DNA of 64,000 bases, from NCBI GenBank assembly GCA_963789265.1, contig CAWBKB010000001.1, forward strand, positions 1,664,001-1,728,000, in the 5' to 3' direction. This document shows positions 53,238 through 64,000 of the stretch, in pieces. A model generated the notes under the pieces. The model ran no database searches. It was not told the DNA's origin and saw nothing but the letters and a program-made list of their open reading frames with translations. How positions within the stretch are numbered: position 1 is the first letter of the stretch; each line of letters starts with the position of its first letter. Made by a program: the position numbers and the translations under genes. Origin of the DNA: an uncultured delta proteobacterium. Its GTDB lineage: Bacteria; Desulfobacterota; Desulfomonilia; Desulfomonilales; Desulfomonilaceae.

Positions 53238-54545
53238 CTAATCCGGTCCGGCGACCTCTTTGCTTCCACCCTCTTCAGTCCCAAAGATCCTATAGCCCAA
53301 GAGATGACGTCGCAGCAGATCCAGTGCTTGCATTGCCGCGAGTGTCTTCACCCACTCGCGAACTCCGGGTAGTAGAAAGCCCCTGCTTATAACTGCATCT
53401 TGCGTGGCCAGACCGAGGTAAAATGTCCCCACCGGTTTGTCCGGGGTGCCGCCGTCCGGGCCCGCGATGCCTGTGGCCGAAAGACCTATGTCGGCTTTAC
53501 CTACTCTGCGGGCTCCAAGAGCCATTTCCCTGGCGCAGCGATGAGACACGGCCCCATGTTCTCTCAGTGTTTCGGCCGACACCCCGAGGATGTCCATCTT
53601 CATATCGTTGGAATAGCTGACAACAGAGCCCATGAAGGTTTGCGAAGATCCCGACACGCGGGTCAACATTTCTCCCATCATTCCCCCGGTCAACGATTCA
53701 GCCAGAGCCAGAGTCAATCCTCTGTTCTGCATAAGTTGAAGCACAACCTCTTCCATAGACCGTCCATCGTTAGAAAGTACGTTTTCCTTGAGCCGCTCCA
53801 TCAGAACCCGCTCTTTTGCAGTCAGCCTTTGTTCGGCCTCTTGTTCGGTCAAGGCACGAACGTCCATTCGGAGCCTGATGATGGGAAACCTGGGCAAAAA
53901 GGCTAGATGGTAATCATCTTCATCACGGGAGACATCGGCAAGGATTTCCCCTAGCCTGGACTCGGTCATTCCGTACACATGAAGGGTACGGTTTCGGAAC
54001 ACTCGACCTGAAGAACCGAGACGCTCCGATATGGCTGGAATCCCTTTCAAACGAAGCATGTTCACCAATTCGCGCGGGACCCCAGGGAAGAACAATGCTA
54101 TGTGCCCCGCCTGTTCGATGATGAACCCCGGCGCGGTACCGTAGTCGTTGGGGATGGGAATGGCTCTTTCGGGGAAAAGAGCCTGCTTGGCATTGCTCGC
54201 TGCCATCGGACGACCCCAACGACGAAAGCGATCCTCGATGCGCGCTAACTGCTCGGGATCGGATTTGAGGGGAACTCCTAGAAAATCCGCCACCGCTGAG
54301 GCAGTTTTATCGTCTTCCGTGGGGCCTAAGCCACCAGACACGATCGTGATCAGTGCTCGTTCCATCGCGTGGCCCAGCGCGTCCCCGATGAGAAGGGGAT
54401 CATCGCCCACAGAGGACATCCCCTTTATGGCAATGCCGACGGCACTAAGCTCGCGAGAGATTGTCTCCCGATTGGTGTCTGTGATGACACCGTTCATAAT
54501 CTCGTTTCCGATCGTTAAGATCCAGGCTTCGAGGATGTTGTCCAT
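53238..54545 (-). CDS. cinA: Competence/damage-inducible protein CinA (MoCF domain + NMN deamidase)
   Basis: IGNEI..G...DTN, GGLGPT.DD, PGVP.E, AESLTGG, TGIAGP.GG..DKPVG. Confidence 0.95.
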   Translation of the reverse strand: MDNILEAWILTIGNEIMNGVITDTNRETISRELSAVGIAIKGMSSVGDDPLLIGDALGHAMERALITIVSGGLGPTEDDKTASAVADFLGVPLKSDPEQLARIEDRFRRWGRPMAASNAKQALFPERAIPIPNDYGTAPGFIIEQAGHIALFFPGVPRELVNMLRLKGIPAISERLGSSGRVFRNRTLHVYGMTESRLGEILADVSRDEDDYHLAFLPRFPIIRLRMDVRALTEQEAEQRLTAKERVLMERLKENVLSNDGRSMEEVVLQLMQNRGLTLALAESLTGGMMGEMLTRVSGSSQTFMGSVVSYSNDMKMDILGVSAETLREHGAVSHRCAREMALGARRVGKADIGLSATGIAGPDGGTPDKPVGTFYLGLATQDAVISRGFLLPGVREWVKTLAAMQALDLLRRHLLGYRIFGTEEGGSKEVAGPD

Positions 54546-57212
54546 TTAATGCGCCTCGTCCCAATTATTCCCCATGGCTGAATCCACCACGAGGGGTACC
54601 GAAAGCGGGTACACCCCTTCCATCTCCTTCTTCAGCAGGGCTGTCGCGTCTTTCGCTGATTCTTTCTCGACTTCCAGTATAAGCTCGTCGTGAACCTGAA
54701 GGATCATTTTCGCAGGCATGCGGCTTTCTTTGAGTGCTCTGTGAACCTTGATCATGGCCAACTTCATCAAGTCGGCAGCGCTGCCTTGCATAGCGGTGTT
54801 AATCGCGACCCTCCGCGCCGCCTGTTGGGCTATCCGGTTCGGATTTTTCAGGTCCGGCAGAAAGCGTTTCCGGCCCAGGATGGTAGTTACGAAGCCGTCT
54901 TCCGTAGCCTTTTTCGGCAATTCCTCCATGAATCTTCTTACGCCCGCGTAAGTTTTGTAATAATCCTCCAGATACTGCCGTGCCATCTTCATGCCCACGC
55001 CGATTTGCCCCGCCAACTTATACGGTCCCATCCCGTACATGATTCCAAAATTAATCGCCTTGGCCTTGCGTCTCATTTCCGGAGTGACGTGAGCGGGAGA
55101 ACACTCGAAAACGCTGGCTGCCGTAATTGCGTGTATGTCTTCGCCCGCGGCAAAAGCGGTCGTGAGTCGCTCATCCCCAGACACGTGAGCCATGATTCGC
55201 AACTCTATCTGAGAATAGTCGGCAGCCACAAAGACATAGCCGTCCTCAGGAATAAAGGCCTTGCGGATCTTGCGTCCTTCTTCAGTCCGAGCCGGTATGT
55301 TTTGCAGATTAGGATCGGATGACGAAAGCCGCCCAGTTGCGGCTACGGCCTGATTGTACGATGTGTGGATACGGCCGGTCCTGGGATTGACCAAATTTGT
55401 CAGAGAATCCACATAAGTTGACTTGAGTTTAAAGATCGAACGATAGTCCAGGATCTTGCGCGGTAATTCATGGTCAAGGGCAAGTTCTTCCAGCACTTCA
55501 AGTGAAGTTGAAGGTCCGCTCTTTGTTTTCTTGGACGCTTTCATGCCCATGCGCTCAAAGAGAATCTGCCCCAACTGTTTCGGTGAATTTATGTTGAATT
55601 GCCCGCCCGCAAGTTCATAGATCTCGGCTTCGGTCTTCTGGAGGATTTCACCGAACTCTTTTGAGAGCTGATTCAGATAAGCCGTGTCGATGCGAACTCC
55701 TGCAAGCTCCATGTCCGCCAGCACAGGGATGAGCGGCAATTCGATATCTCGGAAGAGGTCTCCAAGGCCCTCTTTATCAATGCGGGGGCACAAGATCGAG
55801 GCCACCCTGAACGTTGCTTCCGCGTCTTCACAGGAATATTCGGAAGCCCTGGGAATATCTACATCGGAGAAAAGAACCTGGCTTTTGCCCGTGCCGATGA
55901 GTTCCTTTATCGGAATCATGCGGTGTTCCAGAAAGATTTCGGCCAGGTCGTCCAGCGAATGCCCCCGGCGAGATGGATCGAGCAGGTAGGATGCGAGCAT
56001 GGTGTCACACTCGATACCGCGGATCTCGACCCCCTCCTTCTTGAGAACAATCAGATCGTATTTGATGTTCTGCCCCACCTTGGGGATCTCGTGATTCTCC
56101 AGAAGCGGCCGCAGCACCTCCAATACATCGTCCTTCTTCAACTGATTTCCTTGTTTGTGAGCCACAGGGATGTAGCAAGCTTTTCCGTCCTCAGCACACA
56201 TCGAAATGCCGACCAGATCAGCCCGCACGGGCTGTTCGGAGGTCGTCTCAAGGTCAACCGCAAACCTGCCTATTTTCTTGATCCCATTAGCGAAATTGCG
56301 AAGGTCTTCCATAGTGACAATTGTGCAATAACCCGAAAAATCCAGGGTCCTTTGTGCGGGCAGGTCCCCCATGAGCCGCTTGAATTCCAGTTCTTTGAAA
56401 AGCTCTCTGAGTCGGTCTAAATCCGGTTCTACGATCTTCAACTCTTCCAGACTCGAAGCCAGGTTTACCGCACTGTCCAGGTGAATCAACTTTCGGCTCA
56501 GAAATGCCAGATCCCTGTTTCCGGCCAATTTTTCTCTGACTTTTTTCTGGGTCACCTCTTCCAAGTGTGAATAAAGGTTCTCCAAAGTATCAAACTGCTC
56601 GATCAACTGAGCCGCGGTCTTTTGCCCCACACCGGGAACGCCGGGAACGTTGTCCGAACTGTCCCCCACAAGAGCCATAAAATCGAGAATATGATCCGGC
56701 GCCACACCGAACTTCTTTTTGACCGCTTCGGAATCATATATTATGTCCCTTTGAGGGTCCCACATCGAGACCCCTTCTTGGACGAGCTGCATCAGATCCT
56801 TGTCCCCGGATACTATTACTACTTGCCATCCTTTTTCCCTGGCCTGGTGAGTGAGCGTAGCTATAATGTCATCCGCCTCGAAGCCCTGTACGGATAGGGA
56901 AGGCAGTCGGTAAGCGTTTACTATCTCCTCGATTTTCGGGATCTGAAGCCTAAAGTCTTCCGGCATCTTCGGCCTATTTGCCTTGTAATCCGAATACATC
57001 TCGTGCCTGAAGGTGGGCCCCTTCGCGTCGAATACCATCGCGATTCGCTGAGGCGCCTTATCTTTCATGGTCTTCACGATCATATTTGTGAAGCCGAAAA
57101 CCGCCCCGGTTGGAAAGCCCTTGGAATTGGAAAGCCCACCCATGGCATGATAAGCCCGGTGGATATATGAACTTCCGTCAATGAGATAAATTTCTTCTTG
57201 TTTCTTAGCCAT
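54546..57212 (-). CDS. polA: DNA polymerase I
   Basis: LIDGSS, EADD, DLET, TGRLSS..PNLQNIP, DYSQIELR, KAINFG..YG, QVHDEL; start ATG 57212. Confidence 0.97.
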   Translation of the reverse strand: MAKKQEEIYLIDGSSYIHRAYHAMGGLSNSKGFPTGAVFGFTNMIVKTMKDKAPQRIAMVFDAKGPTFRHEMYSDYKANRPKMPEDFRLQIPKIEEIVNAYRLPSLSVQGFEADDIIATLTHQAREKGWQVVIVSGDKDLMQLVQEGVSMWDPQRDIIYDSEAVKKKFGVAPDHILDFMALVGDSSDNVPGVPGVGQKTAAQLIEQFDTLENLYSHLEEVTQKKVREKLAGNRDLAFLSRKLIHLDSAVNLASSLEELKIVEPDLDRLRELFKELEFKRLMGDLPAQRTLDFSGYCTIVTMEDLRNFANGIKKIGRFAVDLETTSEQPVRADLVGISMCAEDGKACYIPVAHKQGNQLKKDDVLEVLRPLLENHEIPKVGQNIKYDLIVLKKEGVEIRGIECDTMLASYLLDPSRRGHSLDDLAEIFLEHRMIPIKELIGTGKSQVLFSDVDIPRASEYSCEDAEATFRVASILCPRIDKEGLGDLFRDIELPLIPVLADMELAGVRIDTAYLNQLSKEFGEILQKTEAEIYELAGGQFNINSPKQLGQILFERMGMKASKKTKSGPSTSLEVLEELALDHELPRKILDYRSIFKLKSTYVDSLTNLVNPRTGRIHTSYNQAVAATGRLSSSDPNLQNIPARTEEGRKIRKAFIPEDGYVFVAADYSQIELRIMAHVSGDERLTTAFAAGEDIHAITAASVFECSPAHVTPEMRRKAKAINFGIMYGMGPYKLAGQIGVGMKMARQYLEDYYKTYAGVRRFMEELPKKATEDGFVTTILGRKRFLPDLKNPNRIAQQAARRVAINTAMQGSAADLMKLAMIKVHRALKESRMPAKMILQVHDELILEVEKESAKDATALLKKEMEGVYPLSVPLVVDSAMGNNWDEAH

Positions 57213-57279
57213 TATGCGCCTCGTATGGGAATACTTGGGCCAAAAAGAAGCGGGGCCACGGCAGCGGGCGAACGATACG

Positions 57280-60200
57280 CTATCGCGGCTCCGTGACAGT
57301 AATTCTCTCCGCACAGTCGAGAATGGACGAAAAGAGCGGGTGTTCCTCCAGCATGCGGCCATGTCCCAGGAGAATAAGTTTCGATCGTGCCCTGCTCAGA
57401 GAGACATTCAGCCGTTTCGGATCGGCGAGAAACGAGGTCACTGCATCTGAACGAGCCAGCGACAGTATTATAACTTCGCGCTCGCCTCCTTGGAAGCGAT
57501 CCACAGTATCGACTGACAGTGAATGCAAGTTGCCGCGTCCGTCCAAGAGTTGTCTGCGAATCAGGGCTTGCTGTGCCTTGTAAGGGGTGATGACACCTAT
57601 TTCGTGCGATGGTACGCCCCCGGCAAGGAGTCTCTCTACTATCTTGCAAACCACAGCCGCTTCTTCGGAACTGGCTTTCCCTGTGTCCGAGCTAAGGACG
57701 TCTGCAAATACCACCGGCCGCTCCGGAGCCACAATCTCCTCAATATTCGAGTCTCCGGACACTTGACGGTCAATCTTCAGGCGCCTGCCTACGGTTTCAG
57801 GCGATGGAAACAGGGTGCCGCCATAAAAGAGCTGAGAAGAAATCGCTTGCACCTCGCGATTCATCCTGTATTGCATGCGCAGGCACGAAACCCGCGACGG
57901 ATGCGAGGATAGAAAAAGACGCTCGAAGAGAGATTGCTCCAGTCCATTCTCCTCGCTAGCATCCCGATTTTGCTTCGGCGTCTTAACAACAGGTGGAAGC
58001 TGCAAATGATCGCCGCCGAGAATGAATTTGCGGCCGAACGTCAGCGGCCCCAGCGTTGCAGGCTCGTCGAGTTGACCCGCTTCATCCACTACGACACGGT
58101 CAAACCGCCTGCGCAAAAAGAACGGATGTGCCAAACACTGATACGCTGTTGCACCGATGAGCTTTGTCTCTTCCACTCGTTGCCGGAACCGTTTGAAATC
58201 TCTCTCTCGGGCGGCAAGCGTCCCCAGGAGGAAGGGGGGATTTCCGCCGAGTTCCATCGCGTCGAGAAACTCCTTCGAAAGAGATGGGCCGCTCCCGATA
58301 CGAAGAAAATCGCGCACCCCAAGGTTCATAACTGAAATAAGCAGTCGGTCGAGAGCCACGTTGGTAGGACATGCAACGAGCACGCTCTCTCCGCGATCCA
58401 AACATATTCGAATGAGTTGCGCGAGCACCCTGGTCTTGCCTGTGCCGGGCGGACCATGAATCAGATGGAAGGTTTCGCAGTCCAGTGCGGATTTAGTCGC
58501 AGCCTGCTGGTCCTCATTCAATTCATTTTGCGGAAGCTCTGATTGGTCAGGTGGCTGCGATGGGTCTATTGCTGTCGATTCTTTCGGTCTATCCCCGCCA
58601 TTGCGTGTGGCGTCTGACATCTCTAACCAAGGTCCCGCCATTGTAACAGAAGGTGCCTGTTGCTGCGGGGACACTATTGCTTCGATAACCGCGGGATCGG
58701 CCTTTTCGAAGAATCTGAAAAGAGCCTGTCGAGATACTTCACGGCCCCTTGAGAACGGAATCCGGTCCACAAACCAGGTGCGAGATGTCTCGAATGCCGG
58801 ATATTGGCTTGCAGTCGGTGGACTTGCGGAAAAAGGAGCAAACGGAACCTTGAGCCTCACAAGCGTTTGCCTCAGTTCGGAATCAATAACGCGACCGCGA
58901 ATGGCATCGGAACTGCAAGCGTCACCACTGTGAATGATGACTTCCTCACCCGGGCCGATATCCGCGGCCGAGTCTTCGAAAGACAATACAGCGACAACTT
59001 GGCCTGGCGTGGCCTTACCAGCTCGGGATGGGACAGCATCAGCCGGCCCTTCGGCCCCTGGCTCGCGGGGCGGTTCTTTGCCACGATTGCTTTTGGCTGT
59101 GGGCTCTTTGGAGCCGTCCAAAAGACTGATTTCCAGGACGGGGAACGTAATGCTTTCTTCCACGCGTTCTTTGAGTGTCCTCGCATCCAAAACTCTGGCG
59201 AACTCTCCTTCTTCGGCCCATGCATCACGGGACAAAAGACGCAGCCAACGATCGTAGTATTGCCGATTCGCTCCGTTCAAAAAAGGCTCATCATCGTGTG
59301 CGAGATCGCCGAAAAGCCGGGTACAGGCCGACCTGGAGAAACACCTCCCGTTCCTGGGGCAGTTGTATTCTACGGAGTCCGTGACTTCGAGTGTGTACGA
59401 GTATTTCAATGCAACAACCAGGTTACGCGCGTGCAGAAGTGTCCGTTCGATTCCATTATCCCGGCCGTTCAGTCCCTCGACCCTGCCGGAGGCTGAATAG
59501 AGTAGATAACCATCCGGTGCGCTATTGTCTGCATCCGAAGTGAAAAGAAGAGAATAAGCCTGGAGCTGAACGCGATGGTCCTTCGCCGGCATTTTCCCGG
59601 ACTTGAGCTCCAGAATCGCTGTGCGGTCACCATTATAAAAGATAGCGTCGGCCCGCCCCTTCAACCCCCACCTCGTGGACATCCGGTCCTTCTCGACTCC
59701 TACGAGAGAGAAGCCTTTACCCTCGGCTCTCAGCCACGATTTCAGATTGTTGAAGTGGGTCCTGGCCTCTTCCTCAAACTCTTTTTCATCGGGAAAGACT
59801 TTGGAGCCCGGGAGCACCGCCATAAGTGCCGGGAGAGCTTCCTGATACGCCTCTCGAAAGATGCTCTTGCAGGGGGCCCCTTGATTGTGCAACAGATGGT
59901 CGAAAAGTGTATGGACCAGGCGCCCCTTGGCCATCCAGAAAGGCTCCTCCGGCCCGACCCGATATCGCAAGTCGGCCGAACGAATACACGTAGCGGCCTC
60001 AACCGCTTCCGTGACGCTCACGAGGCGAAAGGGCTCCAATACGAGATGGCTTTCCGGTGTAACTGTATAAATGACGCTGCCGTCATCGAGTCTATTGTTA
60101 AGCTGAAGATTTAATGCAGCGATTCGGGCGCCGACCCAGCAAAGTAGGGGGAATTCATAGAGGTCTGCGCCTGCAAATTCAGGGAACATGAGAAACACAC

Positions 60201-60332
60201 GAGCAGAGTTGCCGTCGTGTGAAAGCTCAAGCCCTCGAAAGAGGTACCCCCGCGCGGGGCCTTCTTCGGTTCAGGAGAAATGCGGACAACCGCGCCCTGA
60301 ACGGATTCGTTATGTACTCCCTCGGCAGCCAT
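57280..60332 (-). CDS. Dna2-like Fe-S PD-(D/E)xK nuclease + SF1 (Upf1-like) helicase, frameshift at ~60247
   Basis: C..R, G.LVH, GRADA, ELKSG, Q..AY, C.....C.....C; GPPGTGKT, DEAGQ, GDH.QL.P, QYRM, VDRFQG.E, RLNV.LSRAR. Confidence 0.88.
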
Positions 60333-60614
60333 TGCAATAAGGTATCACAGCCGGTAGGTACCGACAACTGATGGCAGCGGGGCGGATATGCTTTAGTGAG
60401 GTGACATTATTGATGTTATTTTGGAGATTGCGACATCGCCGGCTGCGAAAAGTATTGCGGGGGGCGAACCCTCTCTGTCGCTTAGCCGGCGGACAGCTTG
60501 GTCCAGCGACGATTTCTTAGGGAAGCGGAAAAACTCTCGCTCACCCTGCCTGATGCCGCTTCAATCTTCTTGACCGAAGGTATCCTCAGAGCCACGGCCT
60601 CAAGATCATGATCA

Positions 60615-63600
60615 TCATCGAAAAAGAATGTAGCGTCTTGAATCACGCCAATCATCTGGTTTTTGATCGTGGATGGACTTGAAATAACCTCGCTTCTCAT
60701 GAATGTGGGTGCACACTATTCTGTTATAGCGATTACATATTTCGGCAAGTAATTCACACCGCACCCGTAGCCTAACTCCGAATGAGAGCTTTTCACGAGT
60801 GTAGCTCTCATCTTGGTAACCTTCCTGCCACACTTCATAGGCTGCAACCCTTTGCCCATTCTTCAGAAGGTCGAAAACCTCGAATGAGAGTTCCAAGTCA
60901 CGTAGGATGAAAGAGGCCAGTGAACAGATATTCCGATACCCCAGGAAAGTAAAGGGATTCTCGTGTTCCGCAATGAGCGGAATACTTTCATGTCTGTCTA
61001 CATCCAGATTGTCGGTTCTCGTTCTGAGCAAGGTCTCGCGTGCTTGCGCAAGGGTAATTGCGCTTTCGAAATCAGTAATTGCGAACCGCTCTGATACGAA
61101 AGCAATTTCGTCCAACACGTTTGCCTCATTGTAGACCCCCGATGGAATCAAGAACGATTCCAGGGATATCTCTTGTCTATACGGCACGTTGTACTGCTCT
61201 TCCTGCGCCAGTGTGCGTTTCTCGAAGATGGTTATCCAATCACCGCCATCTATTGGCGTTGTACGGTCCTCAACATGCATGGATTCAAGTTCACCGAGTT
61301 CGCTGAACCATGCATCCTTATCTGTTACACGAAGAGGGGGAATATCTTTGGGCCTAGGTATCACGCCACGGGTAATATATTCAGGGTCAACCGTTTGAAT
61401 AGTACGGCAAAGCTGACCAATCTGGCTTTCAGTCAGCCTGAGCTTCTCTGTTGCCTCATCGAGAATGGACCATAGAGCTTTGGACGCTCGTTTCTTGGAA
61501 ACGCGTCGTGATCCATACAACTGGCCAGCCCTGAGGATGGACATGCCCGTCCCAATCGTCTTTGACGCGATCTCGTTCTTCATCAATTGACCAACCTTGA
61601 GTTTTTAGCCTATCCTCAATGGCTGCGATAAGACTTCCGACAGGAACACGCAGAATCTTGTCCAATGCTAGAACCCGTCGAAAGAAACCAGTCAATGTGT
61701 TGCGCTTCATAAACGCCATGAATCCCACTGAAGGATTTTGAGGAAGCCGGTAAGTCGGATAGGAAATGATGTGCGAGTATGCTTTTTCCACTCGGTCGAT
61801 CGAGATGAGCACCGACTCATCCAGCGTCGAGAACTCGGCAACGAGCCTTAGGATCCGTAAAGTTTCCTGGCGGCAGAAGAAGTCATTTCGGTCAAGGAGG
61901 CGGGCAACAGATTGTTGGTAGGCGGCCAGTGATGCAGGAACTTCATGCGCGAGACAACTGAGCACCACTAGTAATCTACTCTTCGTCCGTCCTGAAGAAT
62001 CTAACGCTCTATTCACTATACGATAAATGGTACTTTCCCGGCGCTCAATCGCCAGCCGTGTTAATGCTCTGACCAGCCTCTCGCCGAGATCGATCTCCGG
62101 TGTCTCAAGTTGATCAATGATGAAGTCCAGAACTAGCTGATTCATTTCCTCCGATGGCTCTTCGTACTGCTTCAACCATGAGTATTCCTCGTCTTGCGGG
62201 AGTTGTGCGAACATGGTCTCGCAATGTTCAAGGAAATCGTCAAAAACATGTTCAAGCATGAGCGATTCATCGAACACATCAAGCCCCGTCGCCGCAAAAG
62301 GCGGTGTGTCATGGCCTCCACCGGATCTGCGCGCGGAGTCATAACATTGCTTCAGTAAGAGTGTTTCAGCGGCCTGTCTGTTTGCTGACGCTACAACTGC
62401 GAGGTATTTCCTGCTATCTCGCCAGGGAAACCAACTTCTAGAACATCCATACGCGACCCCGAAACCGGCAATGGCATTGTCACTATCGCCTAATTCCAGG
62501 AAGCGCTCGGCCAAGGCTTCAATGACGTCGGCATTCTGCGATGGTCCTTGGGATTCCGCGTATTCTTTGATTGGGAGAAGGTCTGTCGCCGCCGTCGCTG
62601 CTGCTATGTGGTGCCTCAAAACAATGTCGATGAGATGCGGCTCGTAGAAAACCTTATTTTGCTTCTTCAGCTTATCGATTGTCTCCAGAAACACGGGAAA
62701 CGAGACACGGCACTTGCTTACCACGTCGTCGTTCGTGATAGTCTCCCCATCAAACGCATAGCCGGGCCGCCTCTTTGCCTGTGCCTCATTGCTTTTCGGC
62801 GTTTCACCATTCTGCTCAGTTTGTCTGTCCAGTTCCGGTTTCAGGTCCTGCGGCCAATGTCGGGGAGAGACATCCGACAGCACAAAATGCCTGAAGCGAT
62901 TCTCGAAGTCCTGGAACACATCTTCACGATCTGACTGTTTCACCAAGTCAACCACATGCTGCCGGATCCCCATAATTTGTTTGCAGTGTCGGCCGTCACG
63001 GCTGTCATGATTGGAAAATATTTCCGCGAGGCACCAAAGGCACTCGGGATCTCCTTCCGTTGCACTCATAATGTATGACTCCAGGCAGTCCTGCATCTGC
63101 CATCTTGCGGTTGTGCGGCAGAAATGTCTGAGCAAGTCAAACGCTGCCCTCCGATTTACGGCAAGAACAGCTTCAAAAACCTCCTTGACCAAGTATTTGG
63201 TCTCCCTGCCATCAGTCAAGTGGGGCATCCAGCGCACCATTGACAATACACGGGCGCACCGTTCCAGGGCCGTTTCCGGCTGCCGCCGATTTACTAGCTT
63301 AAGGACATCGATTAAGTATAGGAGGGTGAGGTCTTTGTGATACCCGTGAATCAGCGAAGAGCGGATGCCGTAGCGTAGCCACTTCTTAGCATCTGCCCTC
63401 ATTCCGCACTTAGCCATAAGGGCCGCAAGCTGGAGAAAATGGTCCGATCGACTGCCCCCCTTCAAGAGGGTTGAACTCTCATAGGTAATTGCACAGCTCT
63501 TCAGGATCGGGACCAAGCCGGGCCGCACCCCAGGGCTCTTTGCAAGGATTTCCCATAGCCTTAATTCAAAGGTATAATCTTGAATTGATTCGTCTATACC

Positions 63601-64000
63601 GAAGTGCATAGTCCAGAGCAGTGAATTGCGCAGAGATTCGAGTTCCGTCACCCAGTGTATCAGTCGTTCTGGATAGCGCCTTTCAACGCATTCGGTCAGC
63701 AGCCCAACGCTTAAGAGCAGTACGTCCCTTATGAGTTCAATCGATTCAGGGATTCTTTCGCCGTCGCCTTGCTCAGCTCTAACGAGTATGGCAATGCTCT
63801 GGCGAGCCTCTTGATACCAGTCATTCTCGTCAGAGCGTAGCGACCTCCCTATGCATCGGCCTGCCTCGAGGAGATGATGGAGGGCAGAGGCCCAGAGAGT
63901 ATGGTTCTTACCAACTAGGGTGCTGCGAATCTCATGGAATATCGGGTTTTCCTCATACCCAATTGTGATGAATGAGTACGCATACCATCTGAGCGTAGGA
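60615..64000 (-). CDS. Large helical-repeat hypothetical protein (>1100 aa in window, 5' truncated), possibly the C-terminal part of a STAND/NACHT defence protein; frameshift at ~61497
   Basis: Frame of ORF 61456-63651 has no stop up to the window edge; removing one A in GAAA joins TTRFQE to RASKALWS; no catalytic motif visible in the window. Confidence 0.6.

Noticed and set aside
57213..57362. N-terminal extension of PolA
   Set aside because: Overlaps the upstream gene; PolA similarity begins at MAKKQEEIYLIDGS
59300..60000. Cas4-like nuclease as a sign of CRISPR-Cas
   Set aside because: The domain is fused to an SF1 helicase (Dna2-like); no cas genes or array in the window
60440..60500. 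Intact tRNA gene
   Set aside because: Only a short degenerate resemblance to a 3' end; no cloverleaf

Overview
Mostly core-genome window of an anaerobic Desulfobacterota-like bacterium (Desulfomonile-like by gene content; this is inference). Housekeeping genes: hppA, ndk-rlmN, purH (N-half only), purE, class II fba, dapF, thiolase, glgP, dgt, cinA, polA. Accessory region ~5.6-22.2 kb: three Cys/His-rich, signal-peptide-bearing small ORFs with a shared C-terminal 'L(Q/L)Txx(L/F)L(I/S)-stop' tail. Each heads a unit: (i) pentapeptide protein + Hanks kinase-FGE, with a convergent PP2C; (ii) sensor kinase + ldh relic + cusBA + PstS-like + NosL; (iii) two small paralogous secreted proteins. This is the best candidate for an undescribed metal-sensing leader-peptide system. 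Also present: a cooS-cooF-FAD/NAD oxidoreductase CO dehydrogenase operon, a UGA-recoded CxxU selenoprotein missed by the ORF track, a Dna2-like Fe-S nuclease-helicase ahead of polA-cinA, and a >1100 aa possible defence protein running off the right edge. Intergenic DNA is rich in REP-like palindromes and nested MITEs, two with clean 11-bp target duplications. About seven genes carry single frameshifts, and five can be repaired at a GGTAC site, suggesting methylation-linked long-read errors. No CRISPR array, rRNA or intact tRNA was seen.
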